Counted from the stretch's first letter, positions 23,756 through 37,651 are shown. The stretch: 64,000 nt of DNA from Neoechinorhynchus agilis (GCA_051530055.1 CM121341.1:5000784-5064783); one strand, 5' to 3'. The notes: generated from the sequence alone by a model not told the origin. Numbers and translations: made by a program.

Positions 23756-24170
23756 AAACTATAAATTATGCTTTTGGTTAAAAATTTGATCCAAAAGAGA
23801 AAGGTAGTAAAATTAAAATGATTTTGACATTTCGGTACAATCTTGTGTCTTTTTATCAAGGTTGTGCAAGCTTTCTAGCGCCGATGAATAGGAGCGTTGA
23901 AGAAACTATAAATTATGCTTTTGGTTAAAAATTTGATCCAAAAGAGAAAGGTAGTAAAATTAAAATGATTTTGACATTTCGGTACAATCTTGTGTCTTTT
24001 TATCAAGGTTGTGCAAGCTTTCTAGCGCCGATGAATAGGAGCGTTGAAGAAACTATAAATTATGCTTTTGGTTAAAAATTTGATCCAAAAGAGAAAGGTA
24101 GTAAAATTAAAATGATTTTGACATTTCGGTACAATCTTGTGTCTTTTTATCAAGGTTGTGCAAGCTTTCT
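23756..24170. repeat. Tandem array, 147-bp unit, ~2.8 near-identical copies
   Basis: aaactataaattatgc at 23756, 23903 and 24050. Confidence 0.95.
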
Positions 24171-24562
24171 GATAAAGGCATACGAGATTGTGTGTCTTTT
24201 AAAATCATTTTCTTCAAATAGATCTACATGGTTTCAACAAAAGCAAAAATGAAACAAGTTAGAAAACGGTTTAAGGGACCAGAAAATTTAGATGTCCTCT
24301 ATCTCATACAAACTCTCGCGCGAACGAATGGATGCAAAGTCGTTGTTCAGGACTAAATCACACCAGCAGCCACGGTAAGTTTCATTTGAAATTCTGTGAT
24401 AAAATGGAGATTCCTCGGTGTATCTTTCTTGACTTCGGACATTTCACGCACTGGGGTTTCGTGTTCGTGTAGGACATTGGGTTTGGTGTGGGGTGTCCGT
24501 GCGTTGTCGCGACCTCATCTCCATTTGGCTGCTAACTTTGCAGTTCCCTGAACAACTGCACA

Positions 24563-26278
24563 TCATTTTGTCACATTGTCAGGTTCAACCGGTTCAATGT
24601 TCTGCTGCACTGAAGGGGTTAAATCCAAGTTCGCTGCTGGTTCATCTGTACCATCATTTTGAACATTTTCGTCGGGTTCAACTGGGAAAAATTCTTCATT
24701 ACTGCCTGATACAACAGGGTTGTTCGCGGTTGAAATCGTAACCGAAGAAGCCGAAGACGATTCGTATGCCGGATACTCATAACCATTGTCGTCGTCACAT
24801 TGTTCTTCACCAAATTCATTAACATTAGCGTCGGACGATACCGTCGAGTAATGGCTACTTGCAGCACCGAGATTTCCATTGGCCGTCGGTGCCATGATAT
24901 ATGGATTTAAAGCGGTTATTCCATCGTAAGTTGCCAGAATACTAGGTACGAATGCTCCAGTTGGCGGAGAATGTGGGGAGGATGAATGATTAAAGTACGG
25001 GAACGTGTTAAAAAATCCATTTGTCGAATAGGCAGCTGCAGCGACGGCAGCTTGAGTAGCAAAAGGCATTTGAGGTTGTTGTTGAGCGGCCTGGAGGTTC
25101 GGAGGAGATCCAATGTGGAGCTGGGCGAATGCATGAGTAAGTTGTCCGCCTGGAGATGCCAAATAACAAATCGGTGTAGCAGCGGCTGCTGCTGCAGCTG
25201 CATGATTGGCGTTCAAATAGTCCTGAGGGTTATTGGTTGGAGGAGTCGTTGCAAACAATGTAGTTGGATGAGTTGTCAAAGTCGGCGGCTGTACATCCGG
25301 TCTATATTGCATGTAAGTGGCTCCTGGATGATCATATTGATGAGTGACGGGTGGCAATCCAAACGGTCTACCTAGTCCGGCTGCTAGATTTTGAGCATGT
25401 TCCGCGTAATAATTAGCCGATGCGGCTGCTGCAGCTGCGACCTGTGCAGCGTTGGGTTGAACTTGATTAGTGCCGAAAGATGATCTTTGATGAGATTGTC
25501 TCGGTTTTTTGCTTCCATCCGCTAATTTTACTAACAATTCACTGTCACCCAACTGCTGATGTTGTTTCCCGTTCAATTCTTGGATAACTTGCTCACAAAT
25601 ATCGCGAGTTTCCATTCTAGCAAATCCAACTCCTTTGCTTCTTGAACCATTGTCCCTGAGTATTCGAGTGGAAATCACGTTTCCGTATCTACTCAAGACA
25701 GATTCCAAAATTACTTCAGTTACCGTTGGCGAGAGATTCGCAAAATACAAGTTGGTTGGGTCTTGTTCTTGTTGCTACACGTGCCAATATTATGAGAATA
25801 TTTTAATCGAGAAACACGTACGAACCTTTGCTTTTTGAGCATGGAAATTCGTGAGTCGATTAATACGCTGCATGGCAAAATCCGCAGCTTCCGGGGTTTC
25901 AAAGTCAACGAAACCATATCCCTTACATTTATTTGTGTCTTTATCAAGAATGGCTTTGAGAGATCGAATCCGTCCAGCACCTTGGCACAATCGCGCTAAC
26001 TCAGCGTCGTCAAACTCCTTTGGGAGTCCTTTAATGTAAAGATTGGTTCGACTTAGTTGACTATCGTTCGTACTATCATTTACTTGAGTGTTCATTACGT
26101 AGCCTGGTCCATACAAGTTACTAGTTGTATTCGTATTGCTGGAACCTTGCTGAAATCGATGATTGCTTGGACGATAAGTTCGGTATGTAACGCTATCCGC
26201 TGCCGCCGCCGCTGCTGCGGTCCGTGTTAGTTGCATGTTGTTGTCCGTTGATGTTTGGTTGTTGGTCGGTGAAACCAT
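24563..26278 (-). CDS. RBMS: RBMS/alan shepard-family two-RRM RNA-binding protein
   Basis: [12 protein letters not shown]...[19 protein letters not shown], then a 51-bp intron (25825-25775), then [14 protein letters not shown]...ISTRILRD...KGVGFARME; poly-Ala/Gln tail. Confidence 0.95.
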
Positions 26279-26904
26279 TCGGATTGCGCGGAATGAACGA
26301 TCGAGTGGATCAACTAGAGAAGAGTCGATCACGGTTCCCGAGTTATAAATTCGATTTTCGTAATACGATGAAGATTCCTTGTTTTGGCGATTATTAGAAG
26401 GAGGCTGAAATTAAAAGGGGCCAAGGTTAAACAGGAGTTGCCGAGAATTGTGCTCGTTCACATTTGTACCTTTTTTAACAGGGGGTGTGTTCAAACGAGC
26501 AATTAAAATGTTTGAAGGTGGTAGTGGCAGCGGAACACAAAATGAATCACCAACACAAAACTCAACGCTATAGAGAAATTGAGGCGAAAACAGTCTTGAA
26601 GGACACGAAAACGAGGTTCAAAAACAATCCAAGTAGCAAGAGAGTTTCAAAATCTTACATGCTTCTCACAGGGACGAACTAGCGTTGCACTGACATATCT
26701 TTCACTAGAGGATTGTCGTGGAAAAAAGGAGTAGGAGGAAGAGAAGTGCGTCAGATTTAAATAGCGCGTCTAAAAAATGTCAAATTCCAACCAATTTGGA
26801 CATAGAACGTCCTCAATATTCTGGGTCGTAATTCGGGGAACATTCCATTGGTAAGTCATGAATAATATTTTAATTCGAGCCAAAAGATTTTATTCATCGA
26901 AAAC

Positions 26905-29900
26905 AAATATAGGAGCTCTGAACTTCACCCTCTTTTGTACGTCTCAGACATCCGAGTTCTTAGTTTCTATTTTTCGTTTTGTGGATTTATACGACGCGAA
27001 ACTATGCAAAAAGTCCAGATAAAATTACTTAATTTTTATTCTCTAAGAAGAAACCTTTTTGAAATTTCTCAAAACAATGTTTTAAAAAGAAATCCGAGGT
27101 CCCAGACCAAACAATTCATCGAAAATCAATCTAAGAGCTCTGAACTTCACCTTTTTTGTACGTCTCAGACATCCGAGTGTTCAGTTTCTATTGTTTCTTT
27201 TTGTGGATTTACACAAGATGAAAATATACAAAAAAAAGCCCAGATAAAATTACTTCCTTTTTATTCTCCAAGCAGAAACCTTTTTGAAATTTTTTAAAAC
27301 AATGTTTTAAAAAGAAATCCGAGGTCCCAGACCAAACAATTCATCAAAAATCAATCTAAGAGCTCTGAACGTCACCCTTTTTTGTACGTCTCAGACATCC
27401 GATTGTTCAGTTTCTATTGTTTCTTTTTGTGGATTTACACAAGATGAAAATAGACAAAAAGCCCAGATAAAATTACTTCCTTTTTATTCTCCAAGAAGAA
27501 ACCTTTTTGAAATTTCTCAAAACAATGTTTTAAAAAGAAATCCGAGGTCCCAGACCAAACAATTCATCGAAAATCAATCTAAGAGCTCTGAACGTCACCC
27601 TTTTTTGTACGTCTCAGACATCCGAATGTTCAGTTTCTATTGTTTCTTTTTGTGGATTTACACAAGATGAAAATAGACAAAAAAGCCCAGATAAAATTAC
27701 TTCCTTTTTATTCTCTAAGAAGAAACCTTTTTGAAATTTCTCAAAACAATGTTTTAAAAAGAAATCCGAGGTCCCAGACCAAACAATTCATCGAAAATCA
27801 ATCTAAGAGCTCTGAACGTCACCTTTTTTGTACGTCTCAGACATCCGAATGTTCAGTTTCTATTGTTTCTTTTTGTGGATTTACACAAGATGAAAATAGA
27901 CAAAAAAGCCCAGATAAAATTACTTAATTTTTATTCTCTAAGAAGAAACCTTTTTGAAATTTCTCAAAACAATGTTTTAAAAAGAAATCCGAGGTCCCAG
28001 ACCAAACAATTCATCGAAAATCAATCTAAGAGCTCTGAACGTCACCCTTTTTTGTACGTCTCAGACATCCGAATGTTCAGTTTCCATTGTTTCTTTTTGT
28101 GGATTTACACAAGATGAAAATAGACAAAAAGCCCAGATAAAATTACTTAATTTTTATTCTCTAAGAAGAAACCTTTTTGAAATTTCTCAAAACAATGTTT
28201 TAAAAAGAAATCCGAGGTCCCAGACCAAACAATTCATCGAAAATCAATCTAAGAGCTCTGAACGTCACCCTTTTTTGTACGTCTCAGACATCCGAATGTT
28301 CAGTTTCCATTGTTTCTTTTTGTGGATTTACACAAGATGAAAATAGACAAAAAAGCCCAGATAAAATTACTTAATTTTTATTCTCTAAGAAGAAACCTTT
28401 TTGAAATTTCTCAAAACAATGTTTTAAAAAGAAATCCGAGGTCCCAGACCAAACAATTCATCGAAAATCAATCTAAGAGCTCTGAACGTCACCTTTTTTT
28501 ATCGTCTCAGACATCTGAATGTTCAGTTTCCATTGTTTCTTTTTGTGGATTTACACAAGATGAAAATATACAAAAAAGCAGATAAAATTACTTAATTTTT
28601 ATTCTCTAAGTAGAAACCTTTTTGAAATTTCTCAAAACAATGTTTTAAAAGAAATCCGAGGTCCCAGACCAAACAATTCATAAAATCAATCTAAGAGCTC
28701 TGAACGTCACCCTTTTTTGTACGTCTCAGACATCCGAATGTTCAGTTTCTATTGTTTCTTTTTGTGGATTTACACAAGATGAAAATAGACAAAAAGCCCA
28801 GATAAAATTACTTCCTTTTTATTCTCTAAGAAGAAACCTTTTTGAAATTTCTCAAAACAATGTTTTAAAAAGAAATCCGAGGTCCCAGACCAAACAATTC
28901 ATCAAAAATCAATCTAAGAGCTCTGAACGTCACCCTTTTTTGTACGTCTCAGACATCCGAGTGTTCAGTTTCTATTGTTTCTTTTTGTGGATTTATACAA
29001 GACGAAAATAGACAAAAAAGCCCAGATAAAATTACTTCCTTTTTATTCTCTAAGTAGAAACCTTTTTGAAATTTCTCAAAACAATGTTTTAAAAAGAAAT
29101 CCGAGGTTGGGGACCAAACAATTCATCAAAAATCAATCTAAGAGCTCTGAACGTCACCCTTTTTTGTACGTCTCATCCGAGTGTTCAGTTTCTATTGTTT
29201 CTTTTTGTGGATTTACACAAGATGAAAATAGACAAAAAAGCCCAGATAAAATTACTTCCTTTTTATTCTCCAAGAAGAAACCCTTTAGAAATTTCTCAAA
29301 AAAATATTTTAAAAGGAAATCCGAGGTCCCAGACCAAACAATTCATCGAAAATCAATCTAAGAGCTCTGAACGTCACCCCCTTTTTGTACGTCTCAGACA
29401 TCTGAATGTTCAGTTTCTATTGTTTCTTTTTGTGGATTTACACAAGATGAAAATAGACAAAAAAGCCCAGATAAAATTACTTCCTTTTTATTCTCCAAGA
29501 AGAAACCCTTTAGAAATTTCTCAAAAAAATATTTTAAAAGGAAATCCGAGGTCCCATACCAAACAATTCATCGAAAATCAATCTAAGAGCTCTGAACGTC
29601 ACCCTTTTTTGTACGTCTCAGACATCTGAATGTTCATTTTCCATTGTTTCTTTTTGTGGATTTATACAACGCGAAACTATACAAAAAGCCCAGATAAAAT
29701 TGGTTCCTTTTTTCTCTAAGAAGAAACCTTTTTGAAATTTCTCAAAACAATGTTTTAAAAAGAAATCCGAGGTCCCAGACCAAACAATTCATCGAAAATC
29801 AATCTAAGAGCTCTGAACGTCACCCTTTTTTGTACGTCTCAGATATCCGGATGTTCATTTTCCATTGTTTCTTTTTGTGGATTTACACAAGATGAAAATA

Positions 29901-29968
29901 GACAAAAAGTCCAGATAAAATTACTTCCTTTTTATTCTCTAAGAAGAAACCTTTTCGAAATTTCTCAG
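26905..29968. repeat. Tandem array, ~223-bp unit, ~14 copies
   Basis: gagctctgaac recurs at 26913, 27135, 27360, 27583 and onward to ~29808. Confidence 0.97.
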
Positions 29969-30749
29969 GTCAAGAAAATATCATTGCTTACACTATTTCC
30001 TAAATACTTGTTTACGAAAATCCTGAAGTTTCTTGTTAAAACAAATAAGAATATAAGATGTATGGCAAGTGTTGACAACTAGAATCCAATTGAGATTCGG
30101 CCAAATATTTAAAAATCGAGTAAGACATTTCCGGCAACATAGTGTTGTATCATCTTCGTGAAAGCATAGTTCTAGAGAAAATCTTGTATGCCGAGAGTTC
30201 GATGGCATTTTGCGTATTGTTATAATGAGCAATAAACGAACAAGACCTTTTTCTCTAACACAAAACGGAAAATGTCTACTTGAAGCATATGCTAATCACA
30301 AGGAAATAAAACCTTTTGAGTTCGGAAATGTACACTGCCTTTTTTTCCCAACAAAATTTTCAAAGACCTTCGTGTGAAAGGTTAAAGTTCATTCGCAACG
30401 TTCTATTAAAAATTTTGCGACGATTTCTAGAAGAAGATATCGTTTCAAGGTTTAAAAAGTTAAGAATATCTCAAAAGAGTTGGGTATTCCACAGTATTTT
30501 TGAGGAACTTTGTGGCAAAAAATGGAATGTTAACAAGAAGTCGTGTAGAATGCGAATATCACACGGTTCATTGGCGCCCCGGCTCATAAGTCTCAGCCTT
30601 GATTTGTAGTCTCGTCGAGCATTCCTCTACACAAAAACGATGGAATTCACAAATAGTTTTGGTGGTAACGAGTGTGAGCGAGGAGCAATTTTACTAATCA
30701 AAACCCCTTTTTTCTCCTTGTAATGTTGCGTGTTGGAGCAACCGCACAA

Positions 30750-31070
30750 CTAAGGAGGGCAAAGAAGCAGCATTTTTAGAGGAAAAAAAAGAAGGGAAGT
30801 AAAGAATATGCTAGACATACGAGAAAAGACGGTTGAAGGGCGTTTTTGTATATGTGAGAGTACACTCACCACATATCCTCCATAGAGTTTCTGATTGGTA
30901 ACCTCCAATCCTGGCAAATGTTCTTGAGTTCGTTCAATTGACCTTTGTCCAAGTTTAAAGTAGGCTAATTGTTGTGGAGTGTACCGAGGAGAAGTAACCA
31001 CTGAAGGGTCACTGCTACCACCGACAAGATGTTGATTGATTGTTTCATTAGTGGTGATTCGTCTGTGCAT
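30750..31070 (-). CDS. Hypothetical gene, probably the first exon
   Basis: ATG ORF in non-repeat DNA with a strong donor (GTG|gtgagt) after YGGYV; no homolog recognised. Confidence 0.35.
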   Translation of the reverse strand: MHRRITTNETINQHLVGGSSDPSVVTSPRYTPQQLAYFKLGQRSIERTQEHLPGLEVTNQKLYGGYVVSVLSHIQKRPSTVFSRMSSIFFTSLLFFPLKMLLLCPP

Positions 31071-31464
31071 TGTCAGACCTTGGCTAATCGCTCGCTCGCT
31101 CTATATACGACTGACCATTCGATCAGCTAAAGTTAATTATTTTTTAAATAGAAAGGGTGCGGGGGGAGGGGATTTGAACTCGTTTTTGCGCTCGATGGTG
31201 GCGGTGACACAAGGTACACCACCAAAGTGACTGTAGGAAACCGAGGAGAGTTGTTAGTAAGACGCTCCCACACCAGCGCATACAAAAGAGAGAGCTTTCG
31301 AAGACTACACGCCTAGGTGGTGGTGGTGGTGGTGGTGCACGACATTACTACTCTCTTCGGCGCAAAATAAAGTTGGCAGCCGTTACAGTCGCAGTGTCGT
31401 TTGCTTTGACAACTGAGAAGAGAATGAGAGAGATGATGCTTTTTAGCCAACCGTCGCAGGCCCG

Positions 31465-33720
31465 TGAACCTTTTGGTCAATCGGGGGCGGCGAGGGAGGC
31501 GAGGGAGGGACGTTGGAGGGGAATTCATGGGATGAAATGGGGAAAGACATCCGGCACAATCGAGGGCGGCGAGGGCGGCGAGGGAGGGACGCTGGAGGGG
31601 AATTCATGGGATGAAATGGGGAAAGACATCCGACACAATCGAGGGCGGCGAGGGCGGCGAGGGAGGGACGTTGGAGGGGAATTCATGGGATGAAATGGGC
31701 CAATAAAACACAATGAGCCTTTTAGTCAATCGAGGATCGCGATTCGGTGGGCGGCGAGGGGGGAATTCATTGGATGAAATGGGAAAACATCCGACACAAT
31801 CGAGGGTCGCGAGGGCGGCGAGGGAGGGACGTTGGAGGGGAATTCATTGGATGAAATGGGGAAAGACATCCGGCACAATCGAGGGCGGCGAGGGCGGCGA
31901 GGGAGGGACGTTGAGGGGAATTCATTGGATGAAATGGGAAAAAACATCCAACACAGACCTTGGTCAATCGAGGATCGCGAGGGCGGCGAGGGAGGGACGT
32001 TGGAGGGGAATTCATTGGATGAAATGGGAAAAAACATCCAACACAACGAACCTTTTGGTCAATCGAGGATCGCGAGGCGGCGAGGGAGGGACGTTGGAGG
32101 GGAATTCATTGGATGAAATGGGAAAACATCCAACACAGAACCTTTTGGTCAATCGAGGGTCGCGAGGGCGGCGAAGGAGGGACGTTGGAGGGGAATTCAT
32201 TGGATGAAATGGGAAAAAACATCCGACACAATCGAGGGCGGCGAGGGCGGCGAAGGAGGGACGTTGGAGGGGAATTCATTGGATGAAATGGGCCAATAAA
32301 ACACAATGAGCCTTTTAGTCAATCGAGGATCGCGATTCGGTGGGGGGGGCGGCGAGGGAGGGGAATTCATTGGATGAAATGGGAAAAGACATCCAACACA
32401 GTAAACCTTTTGGTCAATCGAGGGTCGCGAGGGAGGCGAGGGAGGGACGTTGGAGGGGAATTCATTGGATGAAATGCCAATAAAACACAATGAGTCTTTT
32501 AGTCAATCGAGGATCGCGATTCGGTGAGCAGGGAGGGGAATTCATTGGATGCAATGGGCCAATAAAACACAATGAGCCTTTTAGTCAATCGAGGATCGAA
32601 ATTCGGTGAGGGGCGGCGAGGGAGAGGGAATTCTTTGGATGAAATGGGAAAAAACATCCGACACAGTGAACCTTTTGGTCAATCGAGGGTCGCGATTCGG
32701 TGAGGGGGCGGCGAGGGAGGGAAATTCATTGGATGAAATGGGAAAAACATCCGACACAATCGAGGGCGGCGAGGGTGGCGAGGGGGAATTCATTGGATGA
32801 AATGGGCCAATAAAACACAATGAGCCTTTTAGTCAATCGAGGATCGCGATTCGGTGAGGGGGGCGGCGAGGGAGGGGAATTCATTGGATGAAATGGGAAA
32901 AAACATCCAACACAGTGAACCTTTTGGTCAATCGAGGGTCGCGAGGGCGGCGAAGGAGGGACGTTGGAGGGGAATTCATTGGATGAAATGGGAAAAAACA
33001 TCCGACACAATCGAGGGCGGCGAGGGCGGCGAAGGAGGGACGTTGGAGGGGAATTCATTGGATGAAATGGGCCAATAAAACACAATGAGCCTTTTAGTCA
33101 ATCGAGGATCGCGATTCGGTGAGGGGCGGCGAGGGAGGGGAATTCATTGGATGAAATGGGCCAATAAAACACAATGAGCCTTTTAGTCAATCGAGGATCG
33201 AAATTCGGTGAGGGGCGGCGAGGGAGAGGGAATTCTTTGGATGAAATGGGAAAAAACATCCGACACAGTGAACCTTTTGGTCAATCGAGGGTCGCGATTC
33301 GGTGAGGGGGCGGCGAGGGAGGGAAATTCATTGGATGAAATGGGAAAAAACATCCGACACAATCGAGGGCGGCGAGGGTGGCGAGGGGGAATTCATTGGA
33401 TGAAATGGGCCAATAAAACACAATGAGCCTTTTAGTCAATCGAGGATCGCGATTCGGTGAGGGGGGGCGGCGAGGGAGGGGAACTCATTGGATGAAATGG
33501 GAAAAGACATCCGACACAATCGAGGGTCGCGAGGGCGGCGAGGGAGGGACGTTGGGAGGGGAATTCATTGGATGAAATGGGAAAAAGCATCCAACACAAC
33601 GAACCTTTTGGTCAATCGAGGGTCGCGAGGGCGGCGAGTAAGGGGAATTTATCTGATGAAATGGGCCAACGTGCAGATTATCGATTTGACAATGAGCGTT
33701 TAGTCAATGGAGGCTTCTTT
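31465..33720. repeat. GC-rich modular minisatellite (constant core plus alternative spacers)
   Basis: Roughly 25 copies of gggaattcattggatgaaatggg, each followed by one of about three spacer modules; ~600-bp higher-order duplication (32606 versus 33208). Confidence 0.95.
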
Positions 33721-35461
33721 TTAAAAAAGATTAGAATTCACTACATAAAGGAACCTATATAAAAATCTAGGATTGCTCACATTCAACAATATGCGAACGT
33801 TTGGTCAATTGATGCCTTTGAAAACTGCGTTAAAAGTCTCAGTACCGAAATCAGTGCGTAAAATAATGTCCGACTAACCGTATGGAACTCGTCGTCTTAT
33901 GGATCCGACAGCACATCTCTGCCGATTTCCACTAAAACATAATGTGCCTGCTGCAAAAACATCTTCAACTAATGTTTCCGACCTATCATTGCTCATGGAT
34001 CCCATTCTTCGCATTTGCACCGAAAAAGAAGAAGATCCATTTTTAGATCATCAGTCAATTTTTTTGTTAAAATGATATTATCTATCAAATTAGCTCTTCA
34101 TCTTTTTAACGCATTACTTAGGGAACTGCTTTAAATCGCTCTTTTAGACTAATCAAGTCGCCCGGACAAATCGTTTCATTTATCTAGGGTTTATTGCACA
34201 TAAAAATCGAATTATTTAATTTGAATTGCGAAATGTTACATTATTAAGGTTTAATGAGTTTAGACAGAATGAAAGCACTCAACGAAATCGACATATACAC
34301 ACATCGTAAGCGGGATTTTTGCTAGTTCCAGTCAAAAGAAATGTCTCACTCGTGAATACATTCAATTCAAACGATCGTAAAGACAAAAGTTATAAACATT
34401 TCTTTTAAATTCGTAGTTTTAATGGCTTTTCATGGGCGTAATCCAAGAATGCCGATAGTTTTTATGGATTAACAAATGATTTAGAGAACTCATTTCAATT
34501 TATTATACGCAATCTTTTTAAATACGTCAACTCAATCGTTCATTTCGACCAGCTTTCAATTGAGTGACTTGAGAGCTTTTGAAAGACGAACATATCGATT
34601 TTATCGATTAAAAAGTATTCTAAAACTATACAATCGTTCATTGCATTATTGATGAATGCGTAACGAATGTCGTTCGTTTATTTTGCAAGAATACATCAAT
34701 AGTCTAGAAATGATAAAATTTCTATGGGATCGCCGTTAGACCAGTGTTGGCTGATCTCCACATTCGCGAATGAGAATCTGATATTCGGGAGAGGCTATCC
34801 GGTATCCAACACTGGTGGAGTTATGTTGATGACGTCTGCATGATCACAACGGTGATCTTAAATCGATTGATGTTTTAATATCAATAATCAAGGTAGTTTG
34901 TCTCAAAATGTAACAACAAATAACTCAAGAACCATGATAGCTATCGCAAATCCGAAAACAGATTTGGAATCAGCGCGTTAAGATGTACTAAATTAACTGA
35001 TACCAGAGTTTCACAACTCTGAGATAAGTGCTCTAGTCTCCATAATGGATTTGCTCGGATTTCAGAGTCGTTAAAATCCGCGGACCTTTTTAATGTTTAC
35101 ATTGATTAACCCGAAGGATTTTCTATCGATGATAAACCAATCATTTTGTTCGTATGACTTATTTAATCCTTCAAAGAGTATGAGAATGTGCGGATTCATT
35201 AGTTTTCAGGACAAAACGTTTTATCAGTGAAAAGATCTCTTATGCGAATTCGTATTTTTTTGTAGGCTAAGAAATTGTTTCTTTTATAAACCACTTTTAT
35301 ATTTGGCAAACATAAATTTAAACGGATATTTTCAAAAAAGGCCAATATTTAAAAAGCAATGGACTGAAGAAAAGGCCGAAAATTATCAGATAAATCAATT
35401 ATTTCACAATTCCCGCTATAAAAAAAGAGGTAAATAAGTGAACAGTGTTTGTTTTGGTCTT

Positions 35462-36034
35462 TTAATAATTCCCATAATTAAAATCAAGCAGTCTTCTAAT
35501 GGTTCCATTTGACGCCATCGTATGAACGAATTCAATTCGGTCTACTTTACCACTTCCGTCGGCGTCCATTTCGGCAAACACGTTCTTTACAAGCTGATCC
35601 AGTTCCGTTTTGCTCACAATTCGATCTTTTCTAAGAGTGATAAGACTTCCTATCAGCGATCTGAGTTCTTTAATAGTGATGATGCCATTTCCGTCTTGAT
35701 CGCAAATATCGAATATAATATTGGCCTTGTGTGTAGGTTCCGTTTGGTATATAAGAGCATTTGGAAGAAAATATTCGCTGAACGAAATGTATCCTGAATT
35801 GTCAGCGTCGAAATATTTGAACAAAATTTCAGCAATTCCTTCCACGTTGGCGTTCTCATGTCTCGACTTAAACATTCGAATGAAGGTTTTCTTATCCATC
35901 TTGCCGTTTGGTGCTACAGCCTTATAGCGTCTATAACTCTCGAGAACAACTCGTTCATCACAATTCGCTGAATGTGCCAACATTTTGATTATCCGAGGTG
36001 TTGGTTCTGCATGTCGATTGAGCTTGGAACCCAT
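35462..36034 (-). CDS. Neuronal calcium sensor family EF-hand protein (frequenin/recoverin-like), 190 aa
   Basis: MG N-terminus, inactive EF1 (APNG), and EF loops DADNSGYISFSE, DQDGNGIITIKE and DADGSGKVDRIE. Confidence 0.9.
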   Translation of the reverse strand: MGSKLNRHAEPTPRIIKMLAHSANCDERVVLESYRRYKAVAPNGKMDKKTFIRMFKSRHENANVEGIAEILFKYFDADNSGYISFSEYFLPNALIYQTEPTHKANIIFDICDQDGNGIITIKELRSLIGSLITLRKDRIVSKTELDQLVKNVFAEMDADGSGKVDRIEFVHTMASNGTIRRLLDFNYGNY

Positions 36035-36359
36035 TTTGTAGCCTCGTATTTTAGTTCACTGCATAGGCTAAAAAATGAGCTGAGGCGTCGAAAACTTTCA
36101 TCCTGAATCATGGAGGTGCAACGCATTTTGTGCTTATTATAAGCCGGAAACGAGCCATTTAAGGAAAAATCGATGAAAACGCGTTCTCTAATTGTTGTGA
36201 GTGTATTAATCTAAATTCTAAAGATTCGCCGATTGATTTTTTTTAATTTTCATGGCATTTCCCATTCTCTGCCGTACTCCCAATATCGAGGTTTAATCAG
36301 CAATTTTAAATGGCATTTCATTCTGGGATGTGGAAACTTTTGTATTTAAGAAAGCGAAT

Positions 36360-36905
36360 TCGTGCCCAGAACTCTCCGTCGCACGACGACGAAATCTCTC
36401 GGAATAAAGATTTTCTTTTTGTCATTACACCCGGCCAAGTGTCCATCAAAAAAACCTGACAAGCCGAATTGTGAATTGCATTCTTTTTTTGATGTGAAAT
36501 TATCATCTTTAAACTCAAATTTTTATTTTCCAAAGTTGACACTTGGAATAAGACCGTTTTAATGACAAAAAGAAAGTCTTTATTCCGAGAGATTTCGTCG
36601 TCTTAAGGCTCCCTGAGGAATCTACATTAAAAACGAGTGGAGATGTGAAGTTTTAAGTTAAAGTAGCGACATTGAAGTATGGAAAGTTCGTTTCTTTTGT
36701 TAAGCAGTTCTGGAGCTTTGTCTGATGCCCAGAACTCTCGCTTCGATTCCATGCTCATTCCCGATTGATTCATCAGCATATTTATCCCAATATAAATTTC
36801 TGGGAAAGTGTTGTTCAATTTTGCCTATCTATAGATTAATTTGCTATTGTCATCGGCCAAAACATTGTCCGCAGATCATCGCGTAGACCACGTTTCTTCG
36901 AGTTC
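36360..36905 (-). mobile_element. Second copy of the 19-kb dispersed element
   Basis: Reverse complement matches ~19030-19090 and ~19250-19635 (e.g. ctcgaagaaacgtggt, gacaaagctccagaactgcttaac). Confidence 0.8.
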
Positions 36906-37418
36906 AAATCGAATCTTGTCTGTAATTGGTGGATTTCGGTAGGTACGAGTCCAGTTCCCGTAAGGATTCGCCTAAGTGTAAGCGCATTTCTGTTTACAAT
37001 ACGGACATCCAGCTTTTTGGAACGTCACTAGTGAACTTTTCACTGATATATTTTTATCTTAAGAATCGATTTTTTCTCTATATCCTTTCGATTTCTCCTG
37101 TCTTGAATCACATCGCTACTGGAACCACTTGACCCCCTTTTTACGTTTGTATATCGATTATCAGCGATAATTGCATTCACTCCGTCTAGATCCAATCGTT
37201 CTTCGTTAATGACAATGAGTAAACCAGTGCTGTCCAGGACATCTCAGCATAAATTGCCTATTTAATTACCAAAGGATAATTGGAAATCTAGACGCATGGC
37301 TATCCTTTGGAGGCTCCGTTTGCCATTGAGAAACGACAGATAATCCGATGGTTTGTCTCGCGTTACCTTAATCCCACCAGTAAAATCTCTAGAATTCAAC
37401 ATCGTCTCCGTAGATTAG

Positions 37419-37651
37419 CGAAGATTAATTTGGTTCGACGTTAAATGTAGAACCATTCACTGCTTTTCCAAATCATAAAAAACTCGATACTCTCCTGTTT
37501 ACGAATTATTGTTTTTACAACCCAATAACTTTAATTCCGTTTTAAGGTTCCGTAAAACAATAATTCATAAACAGGAGAATATCAAGTTTTTTGATGATTC
37601 GGAAAAGCAGTGAATGTTTCTACATTTAACGTCGAACCAAATTTATCTTCG
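37419..37651. repeat. Long palindrome with ~97-bp arms and a ~38-nt loop
   Basis: 37419-37516 versus 37555-37651 reverse complement, about 6 mismatches. Confidence 0.9.

Noticed and set aside
24330-24563. Stop-codon readthrough or a variant genetic code after RBMS
   Set aside because: Two TGAs would need readthrough, and TGA, TAA and TAG all end well-supported genes in this window.
26935-29629. Repeated ORFs (MFLFVDLHKMK...) in the 223-bp array
   Set aside because: Translations of the repeat with frame-breaking indels between copies.
31313-33703. CRISPR array or repetitive protein in the GC-rich repeat
   Set aside because: Spacers are recurrent variants rather than unique, there are no cas genes, the context is eukaryotic, and ORFs appear in all frames.
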